A DNA stretch of 64,000 bases from the IMG/VR virus record IMGVR_UViG_3300021420_000014. One strand, 5' to 3'. The notes beneath the pieces are model-generated. The model ran no database searches. It saw nothing but the letters and a program-made list of their open reading frames with translations, and was not told the DNA's origin. This stretch comes from a virus. The position numbers and the translations under genes are program-made. Positions 47,870 to 57,621 of the stretch are shown piece by piece. The stretch's first letter is position 1. Each line of letters begins with the position of its first letter.

Positions 47870-48857
47870 GTTATACTTATGGTATGCATACAAAGGACGC
47901 TGGTTCATATACGCACTCTCCATCAACAAACGTGTCATTTACATTGGTCGGACGAAACATCCGTCTCTGCGACTGGCACAGCATCGCAAGCGCTTCGGCA
48001 TCAAGGTCCAAATGCGTATTTTGGAACAAGGAATGCGCGGAGGAGCAAAGGAAGCCGAACTGAAATGGTTGAAACGCTACCTCAAAAAGACTCGACTCAA
48101 GAACCTTATGATAACTGCTGGCGGCGCGTTTGTGTCGTCACCGGCAACGTTACGCAAATTACGGCGTGCTACGAGGCAGCTGTGGAAAGACATGCAATAT
48201 CGGGCAAAACAAAACGCAGCCCTTCTTGCTGCCGTTCGAGCACCGGAATATCGGAAGCGGCGCAGCAAAATGTCGAAGGCGATGTGGCGAAACCCTCGTT
48301 ATGCAGCAAAGATGCGACCATATATCGTTGCCGCAGGCAAACGACCGCGCAGCAAGAAGTACCGCCAGTACATGAGCGAAACGCTCAAAGCTCGCGGCAA
48401 GCCAAAGTGGAGCAAGGCTGGCGAGAAGCGCGTGCGGGCTACGCAGTTCCAGAAAGGCCGCAAGAATACACCAGAAGAATCACGCAAGCAGTCAGCAGCA
48501 TTGCGGCGTCGTTGGAAGAAGGTTCCGAAAGCCAAGCGATCCCAAATGCTCACGGAGTTAAACCTAAAAGTTTGGCGGAAGCGCAGCAAGAGCAAGCGAT
48601 GTCAGATCGGCCGCAATATCAGCAAAGCACTTCGCGCTTTGCCGGAACGAACGAAAAAGCGCATAGGACGTGTTGGATACAAAGCGGCCCTGAAAAAAGA
48701 TCCAAACTTCCACAAAAAAGCACGTGCAGGAGTCAAAGCCTTTTGGGCATCAATGACCCCGAGCGCTCGCAGTGCGCTCATGCTGAAACGAATGGCGAAA
48801 GCTGTGAGGAAGCGGCATGAGCGAAAAACTAAAAGAGAAGTTCCAAAGCCTACCTGA
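47859..48857 (+). mobile_element. GIY-YIG endonuclease with a basic repeat DNA-binding tail
   Basis: FIYAL....VIYIGRT....RL.QH; E..W; K/R-rich repeats. Confidence 0.75.
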
Positions 48858-49350
48858 TTTTTATCATCCACCATTTATTCCTGGCGAAGAATCCACTAAA
48901 CGTGCTGCTGTCATTGCCGAAGCCAGGACTTGGCTTTCGACACCGTTCCATCCAAACGCGTGCGTGAAGGGCCATGGCGTAGACTGTGGCCGCTTTCTGA
49001 TAGCCGTATATTCATCTGTCGGTCTTATGCCAGAATACGAACCTGGATATTGGAGCCCGCAATTCCATCTTCACTCTGGCGAGCCTAGCTATATGGCCGA
49101 AATGCTGAAGTTTGCGCATGAGATTCAAGTGCCGCCGGAACCAGCCGACATCGTGATGATTCATCTCGGACGTCAATACGCTCATAGTGGCATCGTCATA
49201 GAGTGGCCGAATCAAGTGATTCATGCGCCAGCCGCAGATATGCAAGGGGTAGTGCAAATTAGCGATGCCAGCAAAGACGCCTTATTTCTGCATGGCGGTA
49301 TGAGATTCCCTCCAAAATTCTTCTCGCCATTCAACCGGGAGACGCAATGA
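48817..49350 (+). CDS. NlpC/P60 tail-associated peptidase
   Basis: EARTWL.TPFH...GVDC; HSGI; IHA. Confidence 0.9.
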   Translation: MSEKLKEKFQSLPDFYHPPFIPGEESTKRAAVIAEARTWLSTPFHPNACVKGHGVDCGRFLIAVYSSVGLMPEYEPGYWSPQFHLHSGEPSYMAEMLKFAHEIQVPPEPADIVMIHLGRQYAHSGIVIEWPNQVIHAPAADMQGVVQISDASKDALFLHGGMRFPPKFFSPFNRETQ

Positions 49351-49979
49351 AAAAACTAGCACCAATTATTATAGTGTGCGTCGGATTGCTTGCTGGTTTA
49401 TTCGTCGGAATACCTAGGTTAAGAGTAGCGGCACAGAACACATTTGCGGCGCTTAATCTGGCGCAGAATTTTACTGCATTGCAACAATTCAGTGCTGGCA
49501 TCAGCGCAGACGGCACACATGTGGAGACAATTCCAGCCGTTACTGGCGGAACTCTAGCCGTGCTTCCTACATCATCTTTGGTTCCTGGTCTAACAGCTCC
49601 AAACATCGTAGCGGATGTTAACCTCACCGCTCAAACAGGCAATATCGGTACGCTCCTTTATGCTGTGCCAGTTGGCGGAACGGGGCAATATTACGTAACC
49701 TGTTACGTGGTACTCACACAAGCTGCAACTAGCTCATCCACTATGCCTGCCTGTAGTCTATCGTGGAATGAAGGGGATACTAATGTCTCTGCAAACCTAA
49801 CGTTTTTTTCAGGGGGTAGTGCCTCTAATACCGTAGGTGCTAACGAGACAGCATTTCCGAATGTCATCAGTGCGCGTGCAAGCACAAACATATTTTACAG
49901 CACGACAGGATATGGAAGTGTTGGTGCGACTCCGATGCAATATGCGATCCACCTTCGGCTTATCTATCTCGGTACGTGA
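49347..49979 (+). CDS. signal-peptide-bearing fibre-like protein
   Basis: hydrophobic N-terminus ...VAA|Q; NFTA.Q.F repeat. Confidence 0.7.
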   Translation: MKKLAPIIIVCVGLLAGLFVGIPRLRVAAQNTFAALNLAQNFTALQQFSAGISADGTHVETIPAVTGGTLAVLPTSSLVPGLTAPNIVADVNLTAQTGNIGTLLYAVPVGGTGQYYVTCYVVLTQAATSSSTMPACSLSWNEGDTNVSANLTFFSGGSASNTVGANETAFPNVISARASTNIFYSTTGYGSVGATPMQYAIHLRLIYLGT

Positions 49980-49992
49980 CCGCCACTGCGGT

Positions 49993-50490
49993 TTAAATAT
50001 GCTTCCAGCGTTTGCGAGTAACGATCAGTTGGACGCACTGCTGAATCACGCCAAATTTGTCGGCGATGGCCTGTTGTGTCATGCCATTGGCGGCGAGAGC
50101 GCGGATCTCCAACACTTCCTTTTCGCTAAGCTTGCTATTGGGCTGGTCTTCACCACGAAGCATATTCGCTCGGCCTTTAGCAAACTTATCCCGCATGTTA
50201 TCGAGTTGAGTGCCTTCAAAAAGATGGGATGGTCGTACGCATTTGCGATTATCGCATTTATGCAGGATGCGCTTCCCTTCTGGTATTGGCCCAACGAACA
50301 ACCTCCAAGAGACGCGGTGGGCCATCTCGCGTTCTGTGCTGCTGATCCAGATGCAGCCATAACCGAAACCTCGAAGCTCGCCGGTCCATTCCCAACACGG
50401 TCCGAGCTCAGGGCAATGTGGTTGGGTTGGGCCGTTTTTATTGACGTGGGACCAAAAGATTTCTTCCGTGGTACGCTTGCGCCTAGGCAT
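49993..50490 (-). mobile_element. HNH homing endonuclease with C-terminal HTH
   Basis: CPELGPCWEWTG; AHRVSW; HKCDNRKCVRPSHL. Confidence 0.92.
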
Positions 50491-50551
50491 CGATTCCTCC
50501 CAATTAGGATCGGTGTTAGAACCGCAGGAGATTCACAGTCTCTTGCGGTTC
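50486..50551 (+). ncRNA. HNH-associated two-hairpin element, copy 3
   Basis: same architecture, diverged sequence. Confidence 0.55.
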
Positions 50552-50576
50552 GTCATTTTAACACTTGCGGTGCCAT

Positions 50577-53500
50577 GTGACTAGTATACTCCGTGGCTCT
50601 GGTTATATTTATCCGAACAATCGTCTCGGTGGGATCCGCATCCAGACGTCCCTCTTTGGAATGCCAATACCTATCGTCGGCGGCCGTAATCGCATTGCGC
50701 CCAATATCCTCTGGTATGGCGATTTCGTTGCGCAGCATGTGGCTGGCGGTAAAAAGGGAGCATCGAGCGGCGGCTCGAGCGGCAAGAAGGGACAAGCTGA
50801 ATACGATTATGGAGCCGCTGTCATTCTCGGCCTTTGCCAAGGCCCAATCCAACGTGTTGGAAATATCTGGGCCAATTCCGGCTATCTGCCAGTAAATCTT
50901 ACGCAAGAAACTTTCACTGTTCCAAGCGGTGGCGGCCAGTACGTGGTTACTCAAGTCAACACGTTTTTGCAGGACATGGGTGTGCAACGCGCGGACTTCT
51001 TTAGCGTGCCGTCGAACGATTTTGCATCGCCCTATGGTGCGATCACGCTTACTGGCACGCAGCAGACTCCAATGTCGTATGGGGCAGGAACTGGCCACTA
51101 TTCCCAAAGTGGCGGCACATACACTTTCTACGGTGGCGACGCAGGAAAGATCGTTACGATCAGCTATACCTATGCGCCGCCGATCACGACCGGTGGCGTA
51201 GCGCAGGATCCGATCACGACGATTGGCTTCTCATTTTTCAATGGCGCGCAAGGTCAAGCTCCTTGGGGCTATATGAGCTCGCGTCATCCAACGCAAGCTC
51301 TTGGCTACACGACGATTGCTTATGCAGCAACGCCACGGCTAGATCTTGGAGTTTCAGGAACGCTGCCGAATTTCAATTTTGAAATCTATGGCCTCGATCA
51401 TTTCGGCCGCGGCGTTTGGGATTGCGATCCTTCTGTGTGGATTCAGGACATGCTTACGAATGCAATCTGGGGTGTGGGATTTTCTGTTAACGATATTGGT
51501 TCGATGAATCAGATGTCCAATTATTGCGTTGATCCGAAGACACGGATCTTGACCGCTGATCTTAGGTGGATTCCCGCTAGCGAGATAAAAGTTGGCTGCA
51601 GTGTTCTAGCGTTCGATGAAGAATCAACAGTAAAACGCAGCGGACGCGGCACGTGGAAGGGACGCCAATGGAAAGTCTCGGAGATCCAGGAAAAACGGAT
51701 CATTAAAAGGCCGTGCTACAAAATCCATCTAAGCGATGGCACCACGCTTATATCGTCTGCGGAGCATCTATGGTTGGCATCAAGAGGGGAGGAGCATCAC
51801 TATCACTGGATCCGAACCGATCAGTTAATGACTAATCGCTTTTCCTGGGGCCGTAAATGGTGCCTCTTCAAAGCAATAGCTACTTGGAGCGAGCGTCAGG
51901 AATATCAAGCAGGCTATTTGGCTGCTGCTTTTGACGGAGAAGGCTCATTCAGCCAAGGTCGAAGATACTGGGCTCATGAAGAAGGCCTGAAAAAGGGCTG
52001 CGGTACAACCTCGTTGTCATTCGCTCAAAAACCTAATGCAATGCTCCATGCAACTAAGGAATATCTGCATGACTTTGGCTTCATGTTCAGCGAAAGGCCG
52101 CGGAAGGATCACGATCTTGTAGATATACAAATCCTAGGTGGCATCACTGACTATTTACGATTCGTAGGAACTGTTCGTCCGCATCGACTTCTAGAAAACT
52201 TTGATCCGGCGAAGCTTGGCAAGTTTGCACGCAAGGAAGCGATAGCTGTAATAGGTTTGGAGTACATTGGCGAACAGGAAGTAGTAGCGCTACAGACATC
52301 AGAACATACGTTTATTGCCGAGGGCTTCGCAAGCCACAACTGCGTGGCCAACGGGCTCTTTATTTCTCCAGTATGCGATGAGCAGCGGACCGCCGGCGAC
52401 TATATCAAGGACTGGCTCGAGGCCACCAATACTGAAATCGTGGAATCCGGCGGAGTGCTGACTTTCATCCCACGCGGAGATACGACCACCGTTGGTAACG
52501 GGGTGACTTTCACACCGCAAACCGCGCCAATCTATGGTCTCGACGATAGTGCGTTCATCCGAGATGGCCAGGCACCGCCCGTCAAAGTACGCCGCCCTTC
52601 AATTCAGGATGCCTACAACTCGATCAAGATCGAATATGTGGATGTCTTCAATAATTACAATCCATCGGTTGTTGAAGCTCAGGATCTCGGAGCAATTCAA
52701 CGATATCGCTATCGTCCTGAAGGCCAGCGCAACTGGCATTTTTTTACGCAACAGACACCAGCCGCATTAGCAGCTCAAACGCTTCTCGTCCGTAAGGTCT
52801 ATATCCGCAATACCTACGAATTCAAATTGAGCATGCGGTATCTACTGCTCGATCCAATGGATATCGTAACGATTCCGGCGCACCTGATTTACGGGACCGG
52901 CTTAAACCAACTGGTATGGTCACAAAACTTCGAAAACGTTTGGACGATCCATCAAATTGTGACGCCAAGCCCAGGAATAGTTGCTCCGGATGGAACCTTG
53001 ACCGCAGAAGCTTTTGTTGCGACGGCTGGAGCCACTGATTCTTATGCTTTGCAGGTGGTGGGGAATATTACAGCAGGAGCACCTTATATATTCTCCGTTT
53101 GGCTGAAGGTTCCTAGCGGCACCAAATCCACTAACATCTATCTCTATGCGGTAACAGGGGCGACTCTCGTACCGGTCACCGTAACATCTGCTTGGAAGCG
53201 TTTCCTCATTACGGGAATTTCTAGTGGCACCAGTCTGACAGTGCAAATAGGCGGCGGCGGTACGTTTACTTCTGGCGAAATCGATGCGTGGGGGACTCAA
53301 CTGGAACCAGATTCTGGCTCCCACATTCCTAGCATATATTCACCGACCCAGGGTAAACCAGCCTATACGCCAGATGTAGCGGTTCGCCTCATCTCTGTCA
53401 CTGAAAATTCAGATAACACATTATCGTTCGAGGCCGAAGATTTTCCGTGGGGCTGCTCTGGACCAACGCTTTATCCGAAACAGATTCCTAATCCTGGCGG

Positions 53501-54080
53501 GCCCAATCCTTATGCATCTCCTGGCAGCGTCAATATACCGATTATCTTTGAGGCACTCGAACGACTCAATAATCAAATTGGCCATGCGATCTGGTTCGGT
53601 CTTTCTGGGTCCAATTCCAATTGGGGCGGCTGCCAGATTTGGGTGTCGCTTGACGGTGGGTCTACCTATCAACATATCACGACAGCCGTATCGCCAACTA
53701 AGATGGGCGTGCTCACTTCGCAGCTTGTATCACACACCGATCCAGACACAGTGGATTCTTTCGGCGTGGACCTTACCGAATCGTTCGGCCAGTTAGCAAG
53801 CGTGACTCAAGTAGAGTGCGATGCAAATGCCACGCTTTCATTTATTAGCTCGCCAGAAAACGCGCAGGATACGTTTGCTCCTGTTATTACCGCTTTCTAT
53901 CTACAGGATCCAGCAGGACAGATATGGCAGCTTTCAGTAACCGATGCAGGTGTGCTTCAAACGATTCCTGCATCGGTTACTGGAACTATTCCTAAAAGTA
54001 TTGTGCTAAATGCTGCTGACGGCGGTTCGTGGTCGATCAGCGTGGATACGTCTGGAGTTCTGACCGCGATAAGGATTTGA
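50577..54080 (+). CDS. host-specificity / central tail protein (Phage-tail_3-like), N-terminal part, with intein
   Basis: IQTS.FG.PIPI..G..RI; LCQGPI; LPNFNFEI; LLDPMDIVT; WGGC.IW.S.DG. Confidence 0.88.
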   Translation: MTSILRGSGYIYPNNRLGGIRIQTSLFGMPIPIVGGRNRIAPNILWYGDFVAQHVAGGKKGASSGGSSGKKGQAEYDYGAAVILGLCQGPIQRVGNIWANSGYLPVNLTQETFTVPSGGGQYVVTQVNTFLQDMGVQRADFFSVPSNDFASPYGAITLTGTQQTPMSYGAGTGHYSQSGGTYTFYGGDAGKIVTISYTYAPPITTGGVAQDPITTIGFSFFNGAQGQAPWGYMSSRHPTQALGYTTIAYAATPRLDLGVSGTLPNFNFEIYGLDHFGRGVWDCDPSVWIQDMLTNAIWGVGFSVNDIGSMNQMSNYCVDPKTRILTADLRWIPASEIKVGCSVLAFDEESTVKRSGRGTWKGRQWKVSEIQEKRIIKRPCYKIHLSDGTTLISSAEHLWLASRGEEHHYHWIRTDQLMTNRFSWGRKWCLFKAIATWSERQEYQAGYLAAAFDGEGSFSQGRRYWAHEEGLKKGCGTTSLSFAQKPNAMLHATKEYLHDFGFMFSERPRKDHDLVDIQILGGITDYLRFVGTVRPHRLLENFDPAKLGKFARKEAIAVIGLEYIGEQEVVALQTSEHTFIAEGFASHNCVANGLFISPVCDEQRTAGDYIKDWLEATNTEIVESGGVLTFIPRGDTTTVGNGVTFTPQTAPIYGLDDSAFIRDGQAPPVKVRRPSIQDAYNSIKIEYVDVFNNYNPSVVEAQDLGAIQRYRYRPEGQRNWHFFTQQTPAALAAQTLLVRKVYIRNTYEFKLSMRYLLLDPMDIVTIPAHLIYGTGLNQLVWSQNFENVWTIHQIVTPSPGIVAPDGTLTAEAFVATAGATDSYALQVVGNITAGAPYIFSVWLKVPSGTKSTNIYLYAVTGATLVPVTVTSAWKRFLITGISSGTSLTVQIGGGGTFTSGEIDAWGTQLEPDSGSHIPSIYSPTQGKPAYTPDVAVRLISVTENSDNTLSFEAEDFPWGCSGPTLYPKQIPNPGGPNPYASPGSVNIPIIFEALERLNNQIGHAIWFGLSGSNSNWGGCQIWVSLDGGSTYQHITTAVSPTKMGVLTSQLVSHTDPDTVDSFGVDLTESFGQLASVTQVECDANATLSFISSPENAQDTFAPVITAFYLQDPAGQIWQLSVTDAGVLQTIPASVTGTIPKSIVLNAADGGSWSISVDTSGVLTAIRI
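51525..52340 (+). mobile_element. intein with LAGLIDADG homing endonuclease (272 aa)
   Basis: N-terminal CVDPKTRIL; S.EH block B; YLAAAFDGEG; C-terminal ASHN followed by Cys. Confidence 0.92.
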
Positions 54081-54081
54081 A

Positions 54082-56412
54082 ATGCCTTGGGATCCATCAC
54101 AAGGGCCATGGCCAATCTACCCGGAGTCGATACGACGCAGACTCCAGGCACTTCTATCCGATCTTGTAGAGCCTGTAAAGGTTCCTATCGGTGGAATTCC
54201 ATCAATACTTAATCTCGTCAGTCCGAGTGGAATTGCCTACAATTTATCCATCACGTCTGCTGGAGCTTTGCAGACCACCCAGGTTCAAACATCGTTTTAC
54301 CATCCGGGCAGCACTATAGCCTCAGATAATTTCAATCGGGCATTACTTGGTGCAAATTGGGGTACAAACGACAACGCGATGGTGATCAACAACTCCACAG
54401 ACATCGAACCGCGGAATATCGTCGATTATTCAACGGCTCGTTGGTTGCCGACTACTTTTCCACCAGATCAATCATCGCAAGCCACAATTACAGCTCTAGG
54501 GTCCGGAGACGCTATTGGTGTGGCAGTACGGATGGATCCAGCAGGTGCACGAATTTACTATGCCTTTTTCTTATCATCCAATACGGCCACGCTGATCATA
54601 TATGACTCAATCATCACAGTTCTCGCTATCAGGTCGTATGCCGCCAACGTTGGCGACGTTATATTACTGCAGGTAATCGGTAATAAGCTGAATTGTATGG
54701 TTAACGGCGTCTCTATTTTGACTGCCACGGATAATACCCTTACATCTGGTCAGCCTGGTATCGAAGGACTCGCAGCTCATTCGCCAGCACTCAGTCGCGT
54801 CGATAATTGGAGTGCTGTAAGCATCATTTCTAATTGGACAGTGACTGTTGATAGTTTGGCACTTCTCGGCGACGGCGTTTACGAATCAGGTACTTCTGGC
54901 ACGTCTGGCCTGATGTACTGGAATGTGAGCTCTTTTCCGGCCGATCAGCAAGCCAACTTGCGAATCGATGGGTTATTCGGCGACACCATTTCTTTCATCG
55001 GTCCAGCTGTGCGTGTAGCTGCTAGCGGAAATACACGTTATGCCGCGCTAGTTCGCGGCGATGGCCAGTTGATCTTGCAGAAGATGGTTGCTGGCACTCC
55101 CACGATCTTAGGAACGTTGCCAGCCGGGACGGTGCACGTCGAAGACGTTGTGGCAATTTCCGCAGTCCAGTCGACGATAACCGTATATCTCAATGGTAAT
55201 GCGGTTCTGTCTGCTATTGACTCGGCTATTGCAGGCGGGCAACCGGGCATCGCCGGCGTTGGCGGTCAATCCGGCACAAATGGCACGGATTGGGCGGCGA
55301 TCTCACTTGGCACTAATCTTGGCGAGCTCATCTCCTATCAAGCCGCCACACTTACTTCGAGCAATAAATATGCGATTGACACGCGTATTCGCCGTGGAGT
55401 CTATAACTCGTTGATCAGCACACATCCACTTGGATCAGCTTACATGCTTTTGGATGATTCAGTTGAAGCCTGGAATTATGATCCTATTTTGATCGGGAAG
55501 ACGGTTTTCTTCAAATTTACGTCCTTCAACCAATCTGGGTTATTGCAAGAACTTTTGGCTAACGTGATTGCCTACCCCTTTACAATTACTGGGCAAAGCA
55601 TCGGCCTTCTGACCCCGGCGCACATTACCTATCGTCCGACCTCGAATCCTTTGACTGCCCATGATGCTGGCTCGAGTGCAACTATTTTCATAGCCTCATT
55701 TAGCATGCGCGTGCCAGGAATAGCAGATATCGTAGAAAATTCAGGATCGATCACAGGTCTTGTCTACAACACGCTCTATTACGTCTATTTTGATGACCCA
55801 GGATTTGTTGGCGGAGCTGTGATTTATTTAGCTACCACGGTCAAAGAAACAGCCTTAAGTGGTGCTGGACGGTTTTTCGTGGGTTCGATTCTAGCACCTA
55901 TAGCGGGTGCTCAGGATACAGTTGGAAATGGCGATGGTGGATCAGGGGCGCAATCCGGAAATGTATATAGAGTAAGCTTTATCAACGCGCAAGCAGTTAC
56001 GATTATAGGATCGTTCGCGATCATTAACCCCTATGGTGCGATCGATGGTGATACGACCACGTTCGCGACAATTGGCTGCGCTGGGGGTAATGATTCTCAG
56101 ACGCTCGAATTGCTTAATGCCCCATCTATTATTCAAAGACCGTCAAGTATTGCAATCAAGTATTGGCGTCAGATAACTGTTTCTTCTGGGGCAGTAGCCT
56201 GGACTGCATCGCTTTATGATCCTACAGGTTCTTCTCAAACGGTTCTTTTGGAATCACTTACTAACCCAGGTGTCGATGCAGCACCAGTGTTAATTACTAT
56301 TCCTCTTGCACTTAATGTAAACATAAACAACTATCAGTTCAGGGGTGAAGTAAGTGGAACAGGCTCGATGACTCTTAAACTATTCGAAACATGGTTTGAA
56401 TATACTTCTTGA
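54082..56412 (+). CDS. host-specificity protein, C-terminal part, with two lectin-like repeats
   Basis: two FP.DQ...GQPGI domains; GELISY.....RRG.Y; IGKT.FFKF.SFN. Confidence 0.8.
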   Translation: MPWDPSQGPWPIYPESIRRRLQALLSDLVEPVKVPIGGIPSILNLVSPSGIAYNLSITSAGALQTTQVQTSFYHPGSTIASDNFNRALLGANWGTNDNAMVINNSTDIEPRNIVDYSTARWLPTTFPPDQSSQATITALGSGDAIGVAVRMDPAGARIYYAFFLSSNTATLIIYDSIITVLAIRSYAANVGDVILLQVIGNKLNCMVNGVSILTATDNTLTSGQPGIEGLAAHSPALSRVDNWSAVSIISNWTVTVDSLALLGDGVYESGTSGTSGLMYWNVSSFPADQQANLRIDGLFGDTISFIGPAVRVAASGNTRYAALVRGDGQLILQKMVAGTPTILGTLPAGTVHVEDVVAISAVQSTITVYLNGNAVLSAIDSAIAGGQPGIAGVGGQSGTNGTDWAAISLGTNLGELISYQAATLTSSNKYAIDTRIRRGVYNSLISTHPLGSAYMLLDDSVEAWNYDPILIGKTVFFKFTSFNQSGLLQELLANVIAYPFTITGQSIGLLTPAHITYRPTSNPLTAHDAGSSATIFIASFSMRVPGIADIVENSGSITGLVYNTLYYVYFDDPGFVGGAVIYLATTVKETALSGAGRFFVGSILAPIAGAQDTVGNGDGGSGAQSGNVYRVSFINAQAVTIIGSFAIINPYGAIDGDTTTFATIGCAGGNDSQTLELLNAPSIIQRPSSIAIKYWRQITVSSGAVAWTASLYDPTGSSQTVLLESLTNPGVDAAPVLITIPLALNVNINNYQFRGEVSGTGSMTLKLFETWFEYTS

Positions 56413-56422
56413 AGGGCGGCAA

Positions 56423-56686
56423 ATGAAAAAACTGAATCCAATTACAGTTGGTACTCATACTATTCAAATTATCGTCTCCGAGAATGCTGCTTATTCGCAC
56501 GTGCTTTTTTTTGAGGCAACGTGCTGCGGAAAGACGCGCATAGAAAATCGCATGACGCACCAAGGTCCAGCCGATCATCCTGTTGATTTATTTGCCAAGG
56601 ATGTCGCAGCCCATGCCCGGAAGCTAGCAGAAGAAGTTGCCGGCCGTTGCCAAAGTGCTGATTTGGTCAAGCGGTTCACCTCTTAG
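56423..56686 (+). CDS. hypothetical protein
   Basis: ORF directly after the tail protein. Confidence 0.55.
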   Translation: MKKLNPITVGTHTIQIIVSENAAYSHVLFFEATCCGKTRIENRMTHQGPADHPVDLFAKDVAAHARKLAEEVAGRCQSADLVKRFTS

Positions 56687-56755
56687 CACTTCACCGAATA
56701 ATAAAGGTAGGAATGGTTAACTGGCGATGGTATGATCCGCCCGTAAAGGAGCAGC

Positions 56756-56986
56756 ATGAACGGCTATAAATCGATTCTCACCTCTAAGACGTTTTGGGGA
56801 GCGGTCGTCGCCGTCTATGCGGCAGTGTTCCCCTCGCACGTTGCTTATTTATTGTCGTTGTTCGGCGTTACCGACCAGATGATGCTTGCGGCTAAGATCG
56901 TCTCGGTCCTCGGCGGAGTTTTCTCTATTTATGGCCGCATTGCAGCCAAGAAGCTCGTCACCCTCACGGGAAAGCCCCCAGCCTGA
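56756..56986 (+). CDS. holin-like protein
   Basis: K..L.SKT.W; two TM segments; IYGRI.A. Confidence 0.7.
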   Translation: MNGYKSILTSKTFWGAVVAVYAAVFPSHVAYLLSLFGVTDQMMLAAKIVSVLGGVFSIYGRIAAKKLVTLTGKPPA

Positions 56987-57018
56987 TTACCGCTGGGTAG
57001 CAACTTAACGGAGGCTAA

Positions 57019-57621
57019 ATGAAAGCAATAACTCGCAGGAACTTCGGCAAGCTCTGGGGCACCTGTCTGCTCGCACTCTCGGTCGGTCCCTCTCTGCTTT
57101 CGACAGGCTGCGGCACGTCATTCGCCACAATTCTCTCCTGGATCGATACGGGTCTCGCTGCATTTCAAGCTGTGGTCGACTTGCTCGTTGGCCAAGGGAT
57201 TCTTATGGTTACCGCTGGATCGGCCATCGATCTCGTTATCAAAGCCGTAAAGGCGGCGATAGCCGACATCGGCACAGCAGTGAGCAACTACAACGCTGCT
57301 CCAGCCGCTAGCAAGGCCAGCTTGGTAGGCAAGATTTCTACAGCACTGGTCGTTGCCCAAAACTTGATCGCGCAATTCTGGAATGACCTCAGCATACCCG
57401 ACACTAAGCTTGCTTCGACTGTCGCCGGATTGCTTGGGCTGATCGTCTCGACACTCGCCGGCTTTATGAGTCTGTTGCCGCCAACACCTGCACCGGCAGC
57501 GTTGAGGACGTTCCCGAAGACCCTAACAGTGACTCCGCAGAAGCGTTCGGTTCCTCAATTTAAGAGCGCGTTCAATGGCATCCTGGACGCTAATGGTTTC
57601 AGCCAGTACAAAAAATTCTAG
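57019..57621 (+). CDS. putative Tat-exported lipoprotein
   Basis: TRRNF twin-Arg; lipobox-like LSTG|C. Confidence 0.65.
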   Translation: MKAITRRNFGKLWGTCLLALSVGPSLLSTGCGTSFATILSWIDTGLAAFQAVVDLLVGQGILMVTAGSAIDLVIKAVKAAIADIGTAVSNYNAAPAASKASLVGKISTALVVAQNLIAQFWNDLSIPDTKLASTVAGLLGLIVSTLAGFMSLLPPTPAPAALRTFPKTLTVTPQKRSVPQFKSAFNGILDANGFSQYKKF

